Source of the DNA: Octopus sinensis
Lineage: Eukaryota
Assembly: GCF_006345805.1 (NCBI RefSeq)
Contig: NC_042998.1
Coordinates: 62,372,001 to 62,436,000 of the forward strand
Direction of reading: 5' to 3'
DNA length: 64,000 bases
Shown here: piece by piece, positions 13,296-25,854 of the stretch
Layout: the number at the start of each line of letters is the position of its first letter
Numbering within the stretch: the first letter of the stretch is position 1
The notes under the pieces: generated by a model
Database searches by the model: none
The model's input: only the letters and a program-made list of their open reading frames with translations
Told to the model about the DNA's origin: nothing
Made by a program: the position numbers and the translations under genes

Positions 13296-13701
13296 TCAAA
13301 TTTTGGCCCAAGGACAACAATTTTGTGTGAGGAAGTAAGTCGATTACATCGACCCCCCATCATTCAACTGGTACTTACCTAATTGACCTCAAAAGCAGGA
13401 AAGGCAAAGTCGAACGAAGCGTCACTAAGCATATCGAAATATCTCTAAGCGTATCACTAAGCATTTTGCCCCGCGTGCTAATCTTATCTACTCTAGGCAC
13501 AGGGCCCGAAATTTTGGGGGAGGGGGCGGGTCCAGTCGATTAGATCGAGCTCAGTACACAACTGGTACTTAATTTTATCGACCCCGAAAGGATGAAAGGC
13601 AAAGTCGGACTCGGCGGAATTTGAAAGTCAGAACGTAAAGACAGACGAAATACTGCTAAGCATTTCACCCGGCGTGCTAACGTTTTTGCTAGCTCACCGC
13701 C
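13296..13701 (-). mobile_element. SINE family A, two partial tandem copies
   Basis: Family A head at ~13700 and two 3' ends (13300, 13490). Confidence 0.75.
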
Positions 13702-13702
13702 A

Positions 13703-13713
13703 TGATAATAATG

Positions 13714-13746
<33 letters not shown>

Positions 13747-13917
13747 GTAATAATAATAATAACAACAACAACGACAACAACAACAATAATAAAAATTACT
13801 AATAATAATAATAATAATAAAATAATATAATAATAATAATAATGATAATAATAATAATAATAATAATATAATAATATAATAATAATATAATAATAACAAT
13901 AATAATAATAATAATAA
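13703..13917. repeat. (TAA)n/(CAA)n microsatellite
   Basis: Directly visible. Confidence 0.95.
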
Positions 13918-14051
13918 TTGCACTACTAGACGCTGCACACATACTACGCAGAACACTCTCCATACAGTAACCATCAGAGCATCACAACAAATCACAGAAA
14001 ATACCCAAGGCACACAGAGCTGCGCTCGGTAGTGAAGTGAAAATAAAACTA

Positions 14052-14054
<3 letters not shown>
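13917..14054 (+). mobile_element. Severely 5'-truncated (~140 bp) copy of the R4/Dong-like LINE at 14114-16912
   Basis: TTGCACTACTAG...GGTAGTGAAGTGAAA...AAAACTACTG closely matches 16763-16912 and is flanked by (TAA)n on both sides. Confidence 0.9.
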
Positions 14055-14113
<59 letters not shown>

Positions 14114-14117
<4 letters not shown>

Positions 14118-16909
14118 CATCCAAAGCAAAATAAAAAAAATTAGAAAAGACCTGTCGATTCTTAATGAAATCAGCAAACAATCAACGCTACTGAGCAACA
14201 AAAAGAGAACAAAAATACTCCGCAAATATAACATCACAGAGAAAGATTTGCCTGAAATAAAAGAAAAGCTGAAGCAAGATATCCTTGCCAAAGCACAAGG
14301 ATCCGCCGGTACAAAAACGCCAACGCTTCTTTGAAGAAAACAAAAAGCTCAACTCCAACCCCAAAAGTTCTACAAGAACTGGGAAAAAATAAAATAGAAG
14401 TCACTGCAGCACCAACGGCAGAAGAATGGAAGAATTCTGGGGAGAAATATGGTCGGCGAACGAACCACCAAAAAACAGGATATCAGAATAACAAACTCGG
14501 CATCTGAACAACTTTGGACCCCCATAACAACTGAAGAGATCACCCAGGCACTGCAAAGACTAAGCAACTGGAAGGCAGCTGGGCATGACAAGATCCCCAA
14601 CTTCTGGTTGAAATATCTAACAGGAATGCACAAAAAGCTGGCTGAAAACTTTAACAACATACTAGCAGAGCCAGAGACAATGCCTGAATGGCTCACGAAG
14701 GGGAAAACCATCTTAATTCCCAAATCAAATGAAACAGAAAAACCAAAAACTACAGACCAATAACCTGCCTCCCTACTATGTTCAAGGCATTTACTGCAGT
14801 GATATCACAAAGGCTGAACAAGCACCTGGACGAAAAAACAAACTTTTCCCAGAAGAGCAAAAGGATGCCGCAAAGGCTCATATGGCTGTAAAGATCAACT
14901 AGATTAATAAAGCCATAACTGAAGACAGTCACAGAAAGAAGAAGGCCCCCAGTATGGCCTGGATTGACTACAAAAAGGCGTTTGATAGCATCCCCCACAC
15001 ATGGATCCTCGAAACACTAGCCATTAACAAAGTAGCACCAACAATCATAAAATTCATAGAGCACTCTATGAATAAATGGCAAACAGTCCTACCACCTCCA
15101 AACAAAAGAGGGACTCATGAAAACCAAAGACATCCCCATTAGAAGAGGAATATTCCAGGGAGACACGCTCTCTCCACTCCTTTCTGCTTGGCACTGTCAC
15201 CTCTATCTGGTATGCTAAATAGAACTGGATGCGGATATAAATGTTACGGCAAAACGATCAGCCACCTTTTATATGGATGACCTAAAACTATACGCTGCAA
15301 ATGACAAACAGCTGGAAACACTATTAAGACAGTTCATGGATTTACCAAAGAAATAGATATGAAATTTGGATTAGAAAAATGCGCCAAAGTAACCATGAAA
15401 AGAGGAAAACTAGTTAAGAGTAACAACATCACACTAGATAAAACCATGAAATAAAAGATTAGACCAAAGCCAAACTTACAAATACTTAGGAATCCATGAA
15501 CTAGATAAGACACAACACACACAAATGAAAGAGAAAATAAAAAAAGAATATTATAGACGAGTTAGATCAATACTAAACACAGAGCTCAATGCTAAAAACA
15601 AGATAATAGGTATTAACACTTTAGCTGTCCCAGTTATAAGTTACAGCTACAATATCCTTAACTGGACACGAAATGAACTGACCAAAATAGATAGGAAAAC
15701 AAGAAAAATACTGACAGGATCTAGGATGCATCACCCAAAATCTGACATAGAAAGACTATATATACAACGTATAGAAGGTGGTAGAGGCCTTATACAGCTG
15801 AAAACTACTATAAAATAACCACCATAGGGCTGCAAAATAATCTACTTCAGAAGGAAGGAAAACTGATCCAGATAGCGGCAAAACACGAGCAAAACAAAAA
15901 ACTGTTCTCAGTATTTAAGGAAGCTGACAAATACAAACAAGAACCATACCACCTAATAAACATGAAGAGAAGAAGAAGATAAGAAACAACAAAAGCTATA
16001 AAACAAATGAAATCCAAACTAAAATAGAACAGCAACGAACCATGATAAAACGATGGCAAGAAAGCCCCTTCATGGTAATACTGGACTAAACTAAACGCAA
16101 AAGAAATAGACAAAGAAAAATCCCAGCAATGGTTGAGAAGCTCAGGACTCAAGCAGAAACAGAGGGACTTTTAATTGCAGCACAAGACCAAAGCCTCCCC
16201 ACCAGAAATTACCAAAAACATGAAATGAAAAGAAATATTACAAGTAACTGCAGAATATGTGGAGATGGACAAGAAACATAAATCATATTATCTCTAGCTG
16301 CCCAGTCTTGGCTAAGAAGGAATATATTCACAGACATGACAGAGTTGGAACCTACATACATTGGAAGCTATGCCAACATTATGGAATAACAACAGAAAAA
16401 AGATGGTATAGGCACACACCAGAAAAGGTCACAGAAAACGAGAAAGCAACCATACTCTGGGATATGCCGATACACACAGATAGAGAAATTAAGGCCAACA
16501 GACCAGATATAGTTGTCAGAGATCATGAAGAAAAAAATACTTTCTAATTGATGTATCAATACCCGCTGATGACAACGTGTCTCTAAAAGAAATGGAGAAA
16601 CTCTCAAAATACAAAGACCTGGAAATAGAGGTAACTAGAATGTGGAATCTGAAAACAGAAACAATTCCTATCATAGTAGGTGCATTAGGCATGATAAAAA
16701 TATATCAGACAAATACATAACAAAAACACCAGGACTTACAAACACATATAACATACAGAAAATTGCACTACTAGGCACTGCACACATCCTACGCAGAACA
16801 CTTTCCATACAATAACCATCAGAGCATCACAACAAATCACAGCACATACCCAAGGCACACAGAGCTGTGCTCGGTAGTGAAGTGAAAGCACGCTATAAAA
16901 ATAAAACTA

Positions 16910-16912
<3 letters not shown>
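14114..16912 (+). mobile_element. R4/Dong-like non-LTR retrotransposon, 5'-truncated, frameshifted
   Basis: WKAAGHDKIPNFWLK, AWIDYKKAFDSIPH, RGIFQGDTLSP, YMDDLKL (RT); CRICG..E..HIISSCPVL (CCHC); RHDRV; RPDIVVRD..IDVS (restriction-like endonuclease). (TAA)n on both flanks. Confidence 0.92.
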
Positions 16913-16977
<65 letters not shown>

Positions 16978-16980
16978 TAA

Positions 16981-17320
16981 TGGTTTCAAATTTTGGCACA
17001 AAGCCAGCAATTCAGAGGGAGGAAATAAGACAATTACACCGACCCCAGTGTTCGACTGGAACTTATTTTATCGACCCTGAAGGAAGATGAAAGACATAGT
17101 CGACCTCGGTGGAAATTGAATTCTTTCTACATAAGGCCTGAAAATTTGTGGGTGGGGCCAGACGATTACATTGACGCCGTGCTCAACTGGTTCAATGTCA
17201 TTGACCTTGAGATGCAACGTCTACCTCGGCGGAGTTTGAACTGAGAACGTTCAAGCGGAAGAAATATAACAAAGAATTTTGTCCGGCGTGCTAACGATAC
17301 TGACAGCTTGCCGCCGCCAA
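16981..17320 (-). mobile_element. SINE family A copies, tail-to-tail with the LINE
   Basis: 3' end AATGGTTTCAAATTTTGGCACAAAGCC abuts (TAA)n; head near 17320. Confidence 0.75.
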
Positions 17321-17355
17321 AATGATAATGATAATAAAAAATGATATTGATGCTG

Positions 17356-17391
<36 letters not shown>

Positions 17392-17429
17392 TAATAATAA
17401 TAATAATGTAATAACAACAAACACATATA

Positions 17430-17492
<63 letters not shown>

Positions 17493-17496
<4 letters not shown>

Positions 17497-17726
17497 TCAA
17501 TGACGCGCAGTACGGGTATAACTCAATGACGCGCAGTACGGGTATAACTCAATGACGCGCAGTACGGATATAACTCAATGACGCGCAGTACGGGTATAAC
17601 TCAATGACGCGCAGTACGGGTATAACTCAATGACGCGCAGTACGGGTATAACTCAATGACGCGCAGTACGGGTATAACTCAATGACGCGCAGTACGGGTA
17701 TAACTCAATGACGCGCAGTACGGGTA
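17493..17726 (+). repeat. 9 x 26-bp tandem array TAACTCAATGACGCGCAGTACGGGTA at the LINE 5' junction
   Basis: Nine contiguous units, eight identical and one with a G>A change (unit 3). The last unit reads in frame into the LINE RT (LNDAQYGYKMFDKNINHLVYMDD). Confidence 0.97.
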
Positions 17727-19526
17727 TAAAATGTTTGATAAAAATATAAATCATCTCGTTTACATGGATGATTTAAAGCTTTTTGCAAAAAATGATCAAC
17801 AACTCAAGGGCTTACTAGCGATAGTCAAACAATTCAGTGACGACATCAGAATGCAATTCGGCCTCGATAAATGTGCAAAGGCTACCTTTATCAAAGGAAA
17901 AATGACAGAAACATCTAACGTTAACCTTGACCAACAGAATGTCATAAAAGAACTAGACCCAGCGGAGAGCTACAAGTACCTAGGGGTAATTGAAGGGAAC
18001 GGAATAAGGCATTCAGAGATGAAGGAAAGGATCAGGAGAGAATGCTATCGAAGAGTGAGAGCAATACTCAAGACAGAGCTGAATGCAAGAAACAGGATCG
18101 AAGCGATCAATGCATTAGCTATACTAGTCGTGACTTACAGTTTCAATATTGTTAACTGGTCATTACTGAAATATGTCAGCTCGACAGAAAATAAGGAAAC
18201 TGTTGACAATGCATAGAATGCACCACCCTAAGGCAGATACAGAACGACTCTATCTGCCAAGAAAAGAGGGAGGCCGTGGTCTTTTGCAACTGGCAATAAC
18301 AATGAAGACTGCTACAATTGGCCTAGACACCTACCTGAAAAAACTCTGAGGACTGGATGTTAAAACTTGTCTCAAAACATGAAACAAGAAAGCATCATAC
18401 TCAGTCACAAAACAGGCAAAGGAATATCTAAGTGAATTCCGAATACAACCAATTTCGGAATTAGAGATAGATATACAAGAAACAGACAACAAAAAAGCTA
18501 GGCGCATGAAAACCCGTGCCAAAAACTGCGGCCTTAGATATTCTGAATAATAAATGGCAAGAAAACCTCTCTATGGCAAATACCCAAAGAGAGCGAATAA
18601 TGCAGATATCGACAAAGCCTTGACCCATCAATGGCTAATGGCCTCTGGCTTAAAATCTGAAACAGAGGGGTTTATCATAGCAGCTCAAGATCAATGCCTA
18701 CCAACAAGAAACTACCAGACCAATATATTAAAGATCAGAAGCAGTCCAACATGTCGTGTATGCAAGCAACAAAATGAAACCATTGACCATGTGGTCTCCA
18801 AGTGCAGTCTTCTAGCGCCTACAGAGTATCTCAACAGGCACGATAGAGCTGCACAATATATTCACTGGGTAATCTGTAAAAACCTGGATTTGCCCCATGA
18901 AAAAAACTGGTGGGAACACAAACCACCCCCAGTGCTTGAAAATGACCACATCTCACTCCTCTGGAACTTCACCATTCAAACTGACAGGAAGATAGATGCA
19001 AATAGACCAGACATCATATTGAAAGACTTCAAACAAAGAACATGCCTCCTCATTGATATGACTGTCCCAATCGATATAAACGTATCTGTCAAGACCTACC
19101 AAAACTGAGCAAATAAAAGATCTTGAAATAGAAATCAGCAAAATGTGGAAGCTGAAGACTAAAACAATACCTGTTGTCATAGGTGCCCTGGGAATGATAG
19201 CAAAAGGGCTGATAGCTACTAACTCAGATACCAGGAAACCCAAAAATGGCAGAAGTTCAAAAGATAGTGCTGATGGGAAACTGCTCATATCCTACGCAAA
19301 ATACTCTCTATGTAATCTCAGGTTTAAAACAAACATAATTTTCGGTTTAAAAAAAAAAAAAAAAATTTTTTTTTTTAGACATTCATTAGTACAACATCCC
19401 ACCCCCCCAAATATATGGCACACTAGGCATAACAACAACATGAACTTCCAACCCTGTTGTCTCTTGAGGTCTCTGGGTGAGACTTGGAGCCAACTTGTAC
19501 AAATATAAAGCAAAAGTCAAACATAG
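17701..19526 (+). mobile_element. Second R4/Dong-like LINE subfamily, 5'-truncated within the RT
   Basis: YMDDLKL, FGLDKCA, YKYLG, CRVCKQQNETIDHVVSKCSLLA, RHDRAA, RPDIILKD..LIDMT. Its 3' UTR differs from the 14114 copy. Ends in (TAA)n. Confidence 0.92.
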
Positions 19527-19548
19527 AATAATAATAATAATAATAATA

Positions 19549-20089
19549 AAATACCCTGATACAACACCAGACAGTGGCTCTCATGCCTTCTGATCTTAAC
19601 AGATTATTATCATGTTTTGGTATAAAAGATGGGCTGCAGCAAATATTCTGCTCAATACCACAGATTTGCTTGTCAGTTGCTTTGACCTTAACCAGTTGAG
19701 CATATCCCTTAGTGGCTGTCGATATGTGCATCTCTGATCACGGGAAGAAGTAGTGAGGGAGTATCATACCCGTGTGTTGAGAGGAATTCTTTGGGGTTTG
19801 GAATATTTACCTCTGGAAACATGAGTGCTTTATACAACATCCTTAAACAACCTTTATTCAAGGAACATTTAAGTGGGATGGCAACTCTACCTGACGAAAA
19901 TTCTAACTGGGCCCCACCTGCAAGGTCATGCACTGTTAATCTTGATATGAGATCACCATGTCGTGCACATATGGTTGTGATGCATGCGCAAGGTGTACCC
20001 TTATCAGACGGGTAGTCATGATGGGTATATTGGGCTTCGTATATTTTAGCCCAGAGTCACTTTGATGGCATGCACAGCTCCCTCACTCA
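19549..20089 (+). mobile_element. Family D: ~550-bp non-coding TAA-associated element, copy 1
   Basis: Colinear with 31001-31559 and the reverse complement of 37821-38374. Confidence 0.85.
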
Positions 20090-20094
20090 GAGGA

Positions 20095-20429
20095 AAAAGA
20101 AGAAGAAGAAGAAGAAAGAAGAAGAAGAAGAAGAAGAAGAAGAAGAAGAAGAAGAAGAAGAAGAGAAGAAGAAGAAGAATAAAAAGAAAAATGTAATAGC
20201 AATAGGCAAGAAAATAAAAATCAGAAAACGAGGAAGACGAGGAAGGAAAAAGAGGAAGAAGTAAAAGAAAGAATGAAGTGGTAAGCAAAGAGTAGAAAAA
20301 ATTAGAAGACAAGGAAGGAGAAGAAGAAGAAGAAGAAGAAGAAGAAGAAGAAGAAAATGGAGAAGAAGAAGAAGAAGAAGAAGATGGAGAAGAGAAGAAG
20401 AAGAAGAAGAAGGAGAAGAAGAAGATGGA

Positions 20430-20461
<32 letters not shown>

Positions 20462-20530
20462 AGAAGGAGAAGAAGAAGAAGAGAAGAAGAAGAAGAAGAA
20501 GATGGAGAAGAAAGAATGAAGAAGCGATAA
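20095..20530. repeat. (GAA)n compound repeat with non-repetitive spacers shared with 22400-22680
   Basis: Spacers such as AAGCAAAGAGTAGAAAAAATTAGAAGACAAGG recur in both blocks. Confidence 0.85.
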
Positions 20531-20884
20531 GCAAAGAGAAGAAATGTTTTAGTTGTATGGAATGAGGGTTGATTCAATGTCAAATGTTGTTTGTCCAAAA
20601 GATTTTGATTGTTATTTGATAAAATGGTATTTGTGGGGTAGGAGGTGGGTGAGAGGAGGATCAGGGATGAGGAGGCGAGAGGGGGATGATGAGAAATATG
20701 AGAAAGAATTTCAAGAAAGAAAAGGAAGAACAAGTGAATATGTCTCTGTAGTTGTTGTTGCTGTTGTTGCTGTTGTGTGGTTTTGTTTGTTTATGTTACA
20801 TGTGGAAGTGAAGTGTAGTGTTTTGGTATTGATTAAAGGAATATAAACAACAACAAAGAAAGAAAAGTATCAAGCGGAAATGTA

Positions 20885-21290
20885 AAGAAAGATAAGGACA
20901 TAGAGAGAGAGGGGGAGAGAGAAAATTAAAGAGAGAAAGACAGAGAGAGGGGAAAGAGAGGGAGAAGGGGAGAGAGAAGGACATAAAGAGATAGAGGAGA
21001 AAGAGAGAAAGACGGAATGAGAGAGAGACTGACAGACAGAAAGATAAACAGAGGACATTGAAAGAGAAAGACGAGAGAGAGGGGGAGAGGGGGGAGATGG
21101 AAAATTAAAGAGAGAAAGACATAGAGTGAGGGGAAAGAGAGGGAGAGGGGGAGAGAGAAGGACATAAAGTGATAGAGGAGAAAGAGAGAAAGACGGAGTG
21201 AGAGAGAGACTGACAGACAGAAAGATAAAGAGAGGACATAGAAAGAGAAAGACGAGAGATAGATAGATAGAGAGAGAGAGTGAGAGGGGG
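20885..21290. repeat. GA-rich ~180-bp tandem duplication
   Basis: GAGAGAGACTGACAGACAGAAAGATAAA at ~21020 and ~21200, with a colinear surrounding unit. Confidence 0.8.
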
Positions 21291-21350
21291 GAAGGGTGAG
21301 TTAGAGTAAGAACATAACGGAAGTGATAGTAATGACGAATTTCTTGTCAG

Positions 21351-21418
21351 TTCCATCAAAGAACATTTTCATTGGTTCAATCAACAAAATCGCTTACTCC
21401 CCGCATTGTGTTGTCTTA
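21351..21418 (+). CDS. Candidate host exon, 68 nt, product unknown
   Basis: Acceptor ATTTCTTGTCAG, donor GTGAGT, two open frames. No homology recognised. Confidence 0.2.
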
Positions 21419-21854
21419 GTGAGTGAACGGATAAATTCAGCACACACACACACACACACACACACACCACACACACACACACACACACCACACACAGAGT
21501 CTTGTGCTACTAACGTAAATCTTGGGCAAACTCAATGTGACAAGGAGTATGGCCAGCCCCGTTCCATTCTTCCTTTCCTCCCTCTCTTTCTCTCTTTCTC
21601 TCTTTCTCTCTCTGAAACGGTCCGATAGAAGGCTCGCACTCTCGTTTCCCCCCCCCCCCTCATTGAAAGCAGAGACGGAATGTGTTAACATTCCTGTATA
21701 GTTTAAATATAATAATGTTTAAGGCTTTATTATATTTTAAATTCATTCCTGTACGTCTTATTCACGATATGTTGTTCATTGTTCATATATTATTCACCAT
21801 GATAGATCGGTACCCACTACACATTCTTTATTTTCTATCCTTTCTTCTATGTTC

Positions 21855-21890
21855 CTTTCTGTGGAAGAGCGTAGGCTCGAAACGTTAAAG
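21855..21890 (+). ncRNA. Minimal hammerhead-like motif with CUGUNGA core, copy 1
   Basis: CTTT CTGTGGA A GAGC GTAG GCTC GAAAC GTT AAAG: stem I CTTT/AAAG, stem II GAGC/GCTC, palindromic ACGT stem III. Confidence 0.6.
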
Positions 21891-21977
21891 ACTTTTTCAC
21901 TTCCCGAGCGTTATACTAATACATTTGTTTGTTGTCTACACTACCTGTCTTCGTCTTTTGTTTTTTTTGTGAATTCT

Positions 21978-22043
<66 letters not shown>

Positions 22044-22824
22044 TTTATACGTTTCAGCCTTAAGACTGTGGCCATGCTGGAACACTGCCAGTATAATTAC
22101 CTTTTCAATAGCCAATCTTATGCGACTGACTTTTGGTGGAGCAGGGTGTTCGACATTGCTGCCCGCGTATATGTAGACATGGATATCTTTTATGTATAAA
22201 TGAACACATTTGTATTAATCAAAAGACTACATTAGTGAATATACTTCTTTGTCAAAAACGATGAAAACCAGGATGCTATCATTAAATACGGTTTTAAGCC
22301 AGCTGTTAATACTGCTTAAGCCAGCTGTTAATACTGCTTAAAGAAGGTCGCTCCATACTATATAGAAATATTTAATATAAATCGCAATAGTCCTCAAAGA
22401 AGATGCAAAAGAAAGAATGAAGAAGCGATAAGCAAAGAGTAGAAAAAATTAGAAGACAAGGAAGAAGAAGAAGAAGAAGAAGAAGAAGAAGAAGAAGAAG
22501 AAGAAGAAGAAGAAGAAGAAGAAGAAGAAGAAGAAGAAGAAGAAGGCGAATAAAAAGAAACAATGTTGCAGCAATATGCAAGAAGAAAAAAATCAGAAAG
22601 CGAGGAAGAAGAGGAAGGAAAAAGAGGAAGGAGGAAAAGAAAATAGAAAAGAAAGAATGAAGAAGCAGAGAAATTAGATGGTATAAAGAATCTGGATGTA
22701 TATTTATCCACTCGAACAAAAACAAGAACCATGCTTAATATCACAAATTTCTCTGGTAGTTACCAAAAACTATAATGGAATAAAAGTTTGAAATAGAAAG
22801 GAAATACTAACATTCAAAACGTCA

Positions 22825-23150
22825 TACTTCACATTTAAGGATCATGAATCAGAGTTCGGCAATAAACCCAAAATACGACTTATCGTTTGTAAATTTTTGA
22901 AATTACATTTCCAAAACTATACACACACCTCTAAAGACTTGGTTGCTGCAGTCCTTAATTCTACCAACTTCATCAATGAAGAAATAAAAATAATCCTATG
23001 CACCCAGGAAACTTTGCTAAACTTCCGTAATGTCATCTGGAATTAAAAATATTCAGCTATACCTTTCGTTGTAAATATGGGCTCAACAGATTCGGTATAC
23101 ATAAGTCAGCTTATGCTTACTATCGAACATATATTTAAAATTTTTTACGA
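22825..23150 (+). mobile_element. Decayed Penelope-like RT fragment of a different clade
   Basis: YFTFKDHESEFGNKPKIRLI and TLLNF..VIW..K....FVVNMGSTDS resemble the LKDHK..F.N.P..RLI and FDVTMGS motifs I associate with Naiad/Chlamys-type PLEs. Confidence 0.5.
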
Positions 23151-23704
23151 TCAAAAGAGGATTGTAACGTGAAGAGGTCTTCTATAATTCAGGAACATAA
23201 TCCCACTGATAACAGAGAGATTAAGAAAAAAAAACTTAGTTTAAAAATACGATCCTTATATTACTATTGAAACAAAAACGGTTCACTTCGTATGTCAAGC
23301 AAAACTCTAAAGTACTTTCATAAACTCGCGAACTATACGAAAAAATAATCATCAGATACTTTTCTCAGTATCCCAGCATTTCGTGGTATTTTAAACATAC
23401 CATGCGCTAGACCAGAACACTGTTTCCTGAAAGTAACTATTGCTATGATTCACATTTTGAAAGATATTTCCGTCCCTACGTAGGAAGGAAGTAAAACAGC
23501 TTTGAAAATACAGGAGTTTCGAGATTGAACTGACCTCAGCGGGATTTGAAATTAAATCGTAAATAGTCGGATGAAATACCGCAAAACATATGTTCTGGCG
23601 CTCTAACGATTCTGTTAATTCAGCATACTATTGGTAGTACTTCTTCTTCTTCTTCACAATAATAACCACAGCAGTAACAACAGCAACAATAACAATAACA
23701 TTAA

Positions 23705-23920
23705 TCCTTTCTACTATAAGCACAGGGCCTGAATTTGGTGGGAGGGGGCCAGTCGATTATATCGACACCTGTATGCTACTGGTACTTAATTTATCGACCC
23801 TGAAAGGATGAAAGGCAAAGTCAACCACGGCGGAATTTGAACTCAGAACGTAACGGCAGACGAAATACGGCTTCGCATTTTGCCCGGCGTGCTAACGTTT
23901 CTGCCAGCTCGCCGCCTTAA
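23705..23920 (-). mobile_element. SINE family A
   Basis: Full head-to-tail match to the family consensus. Confidence 0.85.
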
Positions 23921-24504
23921 CAATAACAACATCAATAACAACAATACATACATCTCTTGGTCGATTCGTCCTTGAGGTCAAAATTCACATTTTATAAAAG
24001 CGAAAACCAACGGTGGGCTCTACTTTGAGGCATTCCTCCTTCTCTATACACAGCACATATCTCAAGAGTAGCTTCGGCTGGTTTAACACCTCAATTAAAT
24101 GTAAAAAAGCAAATGGTGTCGAAAATGCTCAGTTTTGTCCACTTGATATTCCATTTTAATGATCTGAAGATAGACAAAAATCAATAAAATTTAAAAAATC
24201 AAAACACACTATCTTGTACAACAAACAGTTGTATTTCAAATAACATAAAACATTTTGCCAATGCGTTTTATTTCTGCGTTAATTTTTAAATTTGAAAAAA
24301 AAAAAAAAGCCCATGAATTATTCCTCAACCCAATAAATGAAATATACAAATAGGCTGGAGAAAAACAATATGTAGTTTAATGCCGGAAAATCTCAAGCAC
24401 TGAGCTATCAGCTTTCAAGTGCACTACAACCTGTATATTCAAGATTTGAATGTACTGCAATCCCAATGTCACGGACAGCGAGAGATTTGGGAATTAGTAT
24501 ACTC

Positions 24505-24865
24505 TTTTACTCTTTTACTCTTTTACATGTTTCAGTCTTTTGACTGAGGCCATACTGGAGCACCGCCTTTAGTCGAGCAAATCGACCCCAGGACTTTGTA
24601 AGCCCAGTACTTATTCTATCAGTCTCTTTTGCCGGACCGCTAAGTTACGGGGACGTAAACACACCACCATTGGTTGTGAAACGATGTTGGGGGACAAACA
24701 CAGGCACAAACATATACACACACATACATTCATATATACATATATACGACGGGCTTCTTTCAGTTTCCGTCTACCAAATTCACTCACAAGGCTTTGGTGG
24801 ATCCAAGGCTATAGTAGAAGACACTTGCCCAAGGTGCCACGCAGTGGGACTGAATCCGGAACCAT
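24505..24865 (-). mobile_element. SINE family B
   Basis: Tail (GTAAAAGA)n and conserved body; head partly lost. Confidence 0.85.
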
Positions 24866-25399
24866 CATTTCATGTGCACATTATCAAAATAACAACAAAG
24901 TATAGACAATTGACAAGATGGATACTAAGGTCTTTCAGGACAAGAGAGCGAGAAGTCGTGTGGAGCCTGTGGAAGATCGTCGTTATCATCCATCTAAACT
25001 ACTGCTTTATGCTGCGGTTTCCACATAGTGTCAAATTAGCAGCGGAGCTTGAAATGATCTAATTTTGTTACTCTAAAAAGGTGTCCACAGTGCAACAGAG
25101 GAACGACTGAGGTGGTAAAAACTGCGATGTTAGTCCCTTGGACGCAAACGCTAGTGATATGAAATGATTTACATGTAGAGCTGTTATGTCGAAGTAGAAC
25201 ACCCCTATTGGTTGGCTCCTAATGGACTGTGCCACAATACAAATGGACATACGCAGAGAGCCTTCAGCGCAGTGTAAAGCCGGCAGTTGCGTATTTTTGA
25301 GGGTTATTATCAGTAACTTGAGTGGAACGACTTGCGAGGACATTATTATTATCCCGTTATATCGTACATCAAACGTGCGATACAACAAGAACATTCTGG

Positions 25400-25845
25400 A
25401 CGCCTAAATTCGGTATCAAGAGTTATAGAAATACTCCACCTGAACGCTATTGTTATTTCTTTATTGCCCACAAGGGGCTAAACATGGAGGGGACAAACAA
25501 AGGTATTAAGTCGATTACATCGACCCCAGTGCGTAACTGGTACTTAATTTATCGACCCCGAAAGGATGAAAGGCAAAGTCAACCTCGGCGGAATTTGAAG
25601 TCAGAACGTAACGGCAGATGAAATACCTATTTCTTTACTACCCACAAGGGGATAAACACAGAGAGGACAAACAAGGACAGACAAACGGATTAAGTCAATT
25701 ATATCGACCCCAGTGCATAACTGGTACTTATTTAATCGACCCCGAAAGGATGAAAGGCAAAGTCGACCTCGGTGGAATTTGAACTCAGAACGTAACGGCA
25801 GACGAAATACCGCTAAGCATTTCGCCCAGCGTCGCTAAGCATTTT
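25400..25845 (-). mobile_element. SINE family A multimer
   Basis: Two to three internal units joined through GAAATACCTATTTCTTTACTACCCACAAGG. Confidence 0.85.
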
Positions 25846-25854
25846 ACGCTATTG

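Noticed and set aside
17493-17726. CRISPR-like array
   Set aside because: Repeats are contiguous with no spacers, there are no cas genes, the context is eukaryotic, and the unit is LINE coding sequence.
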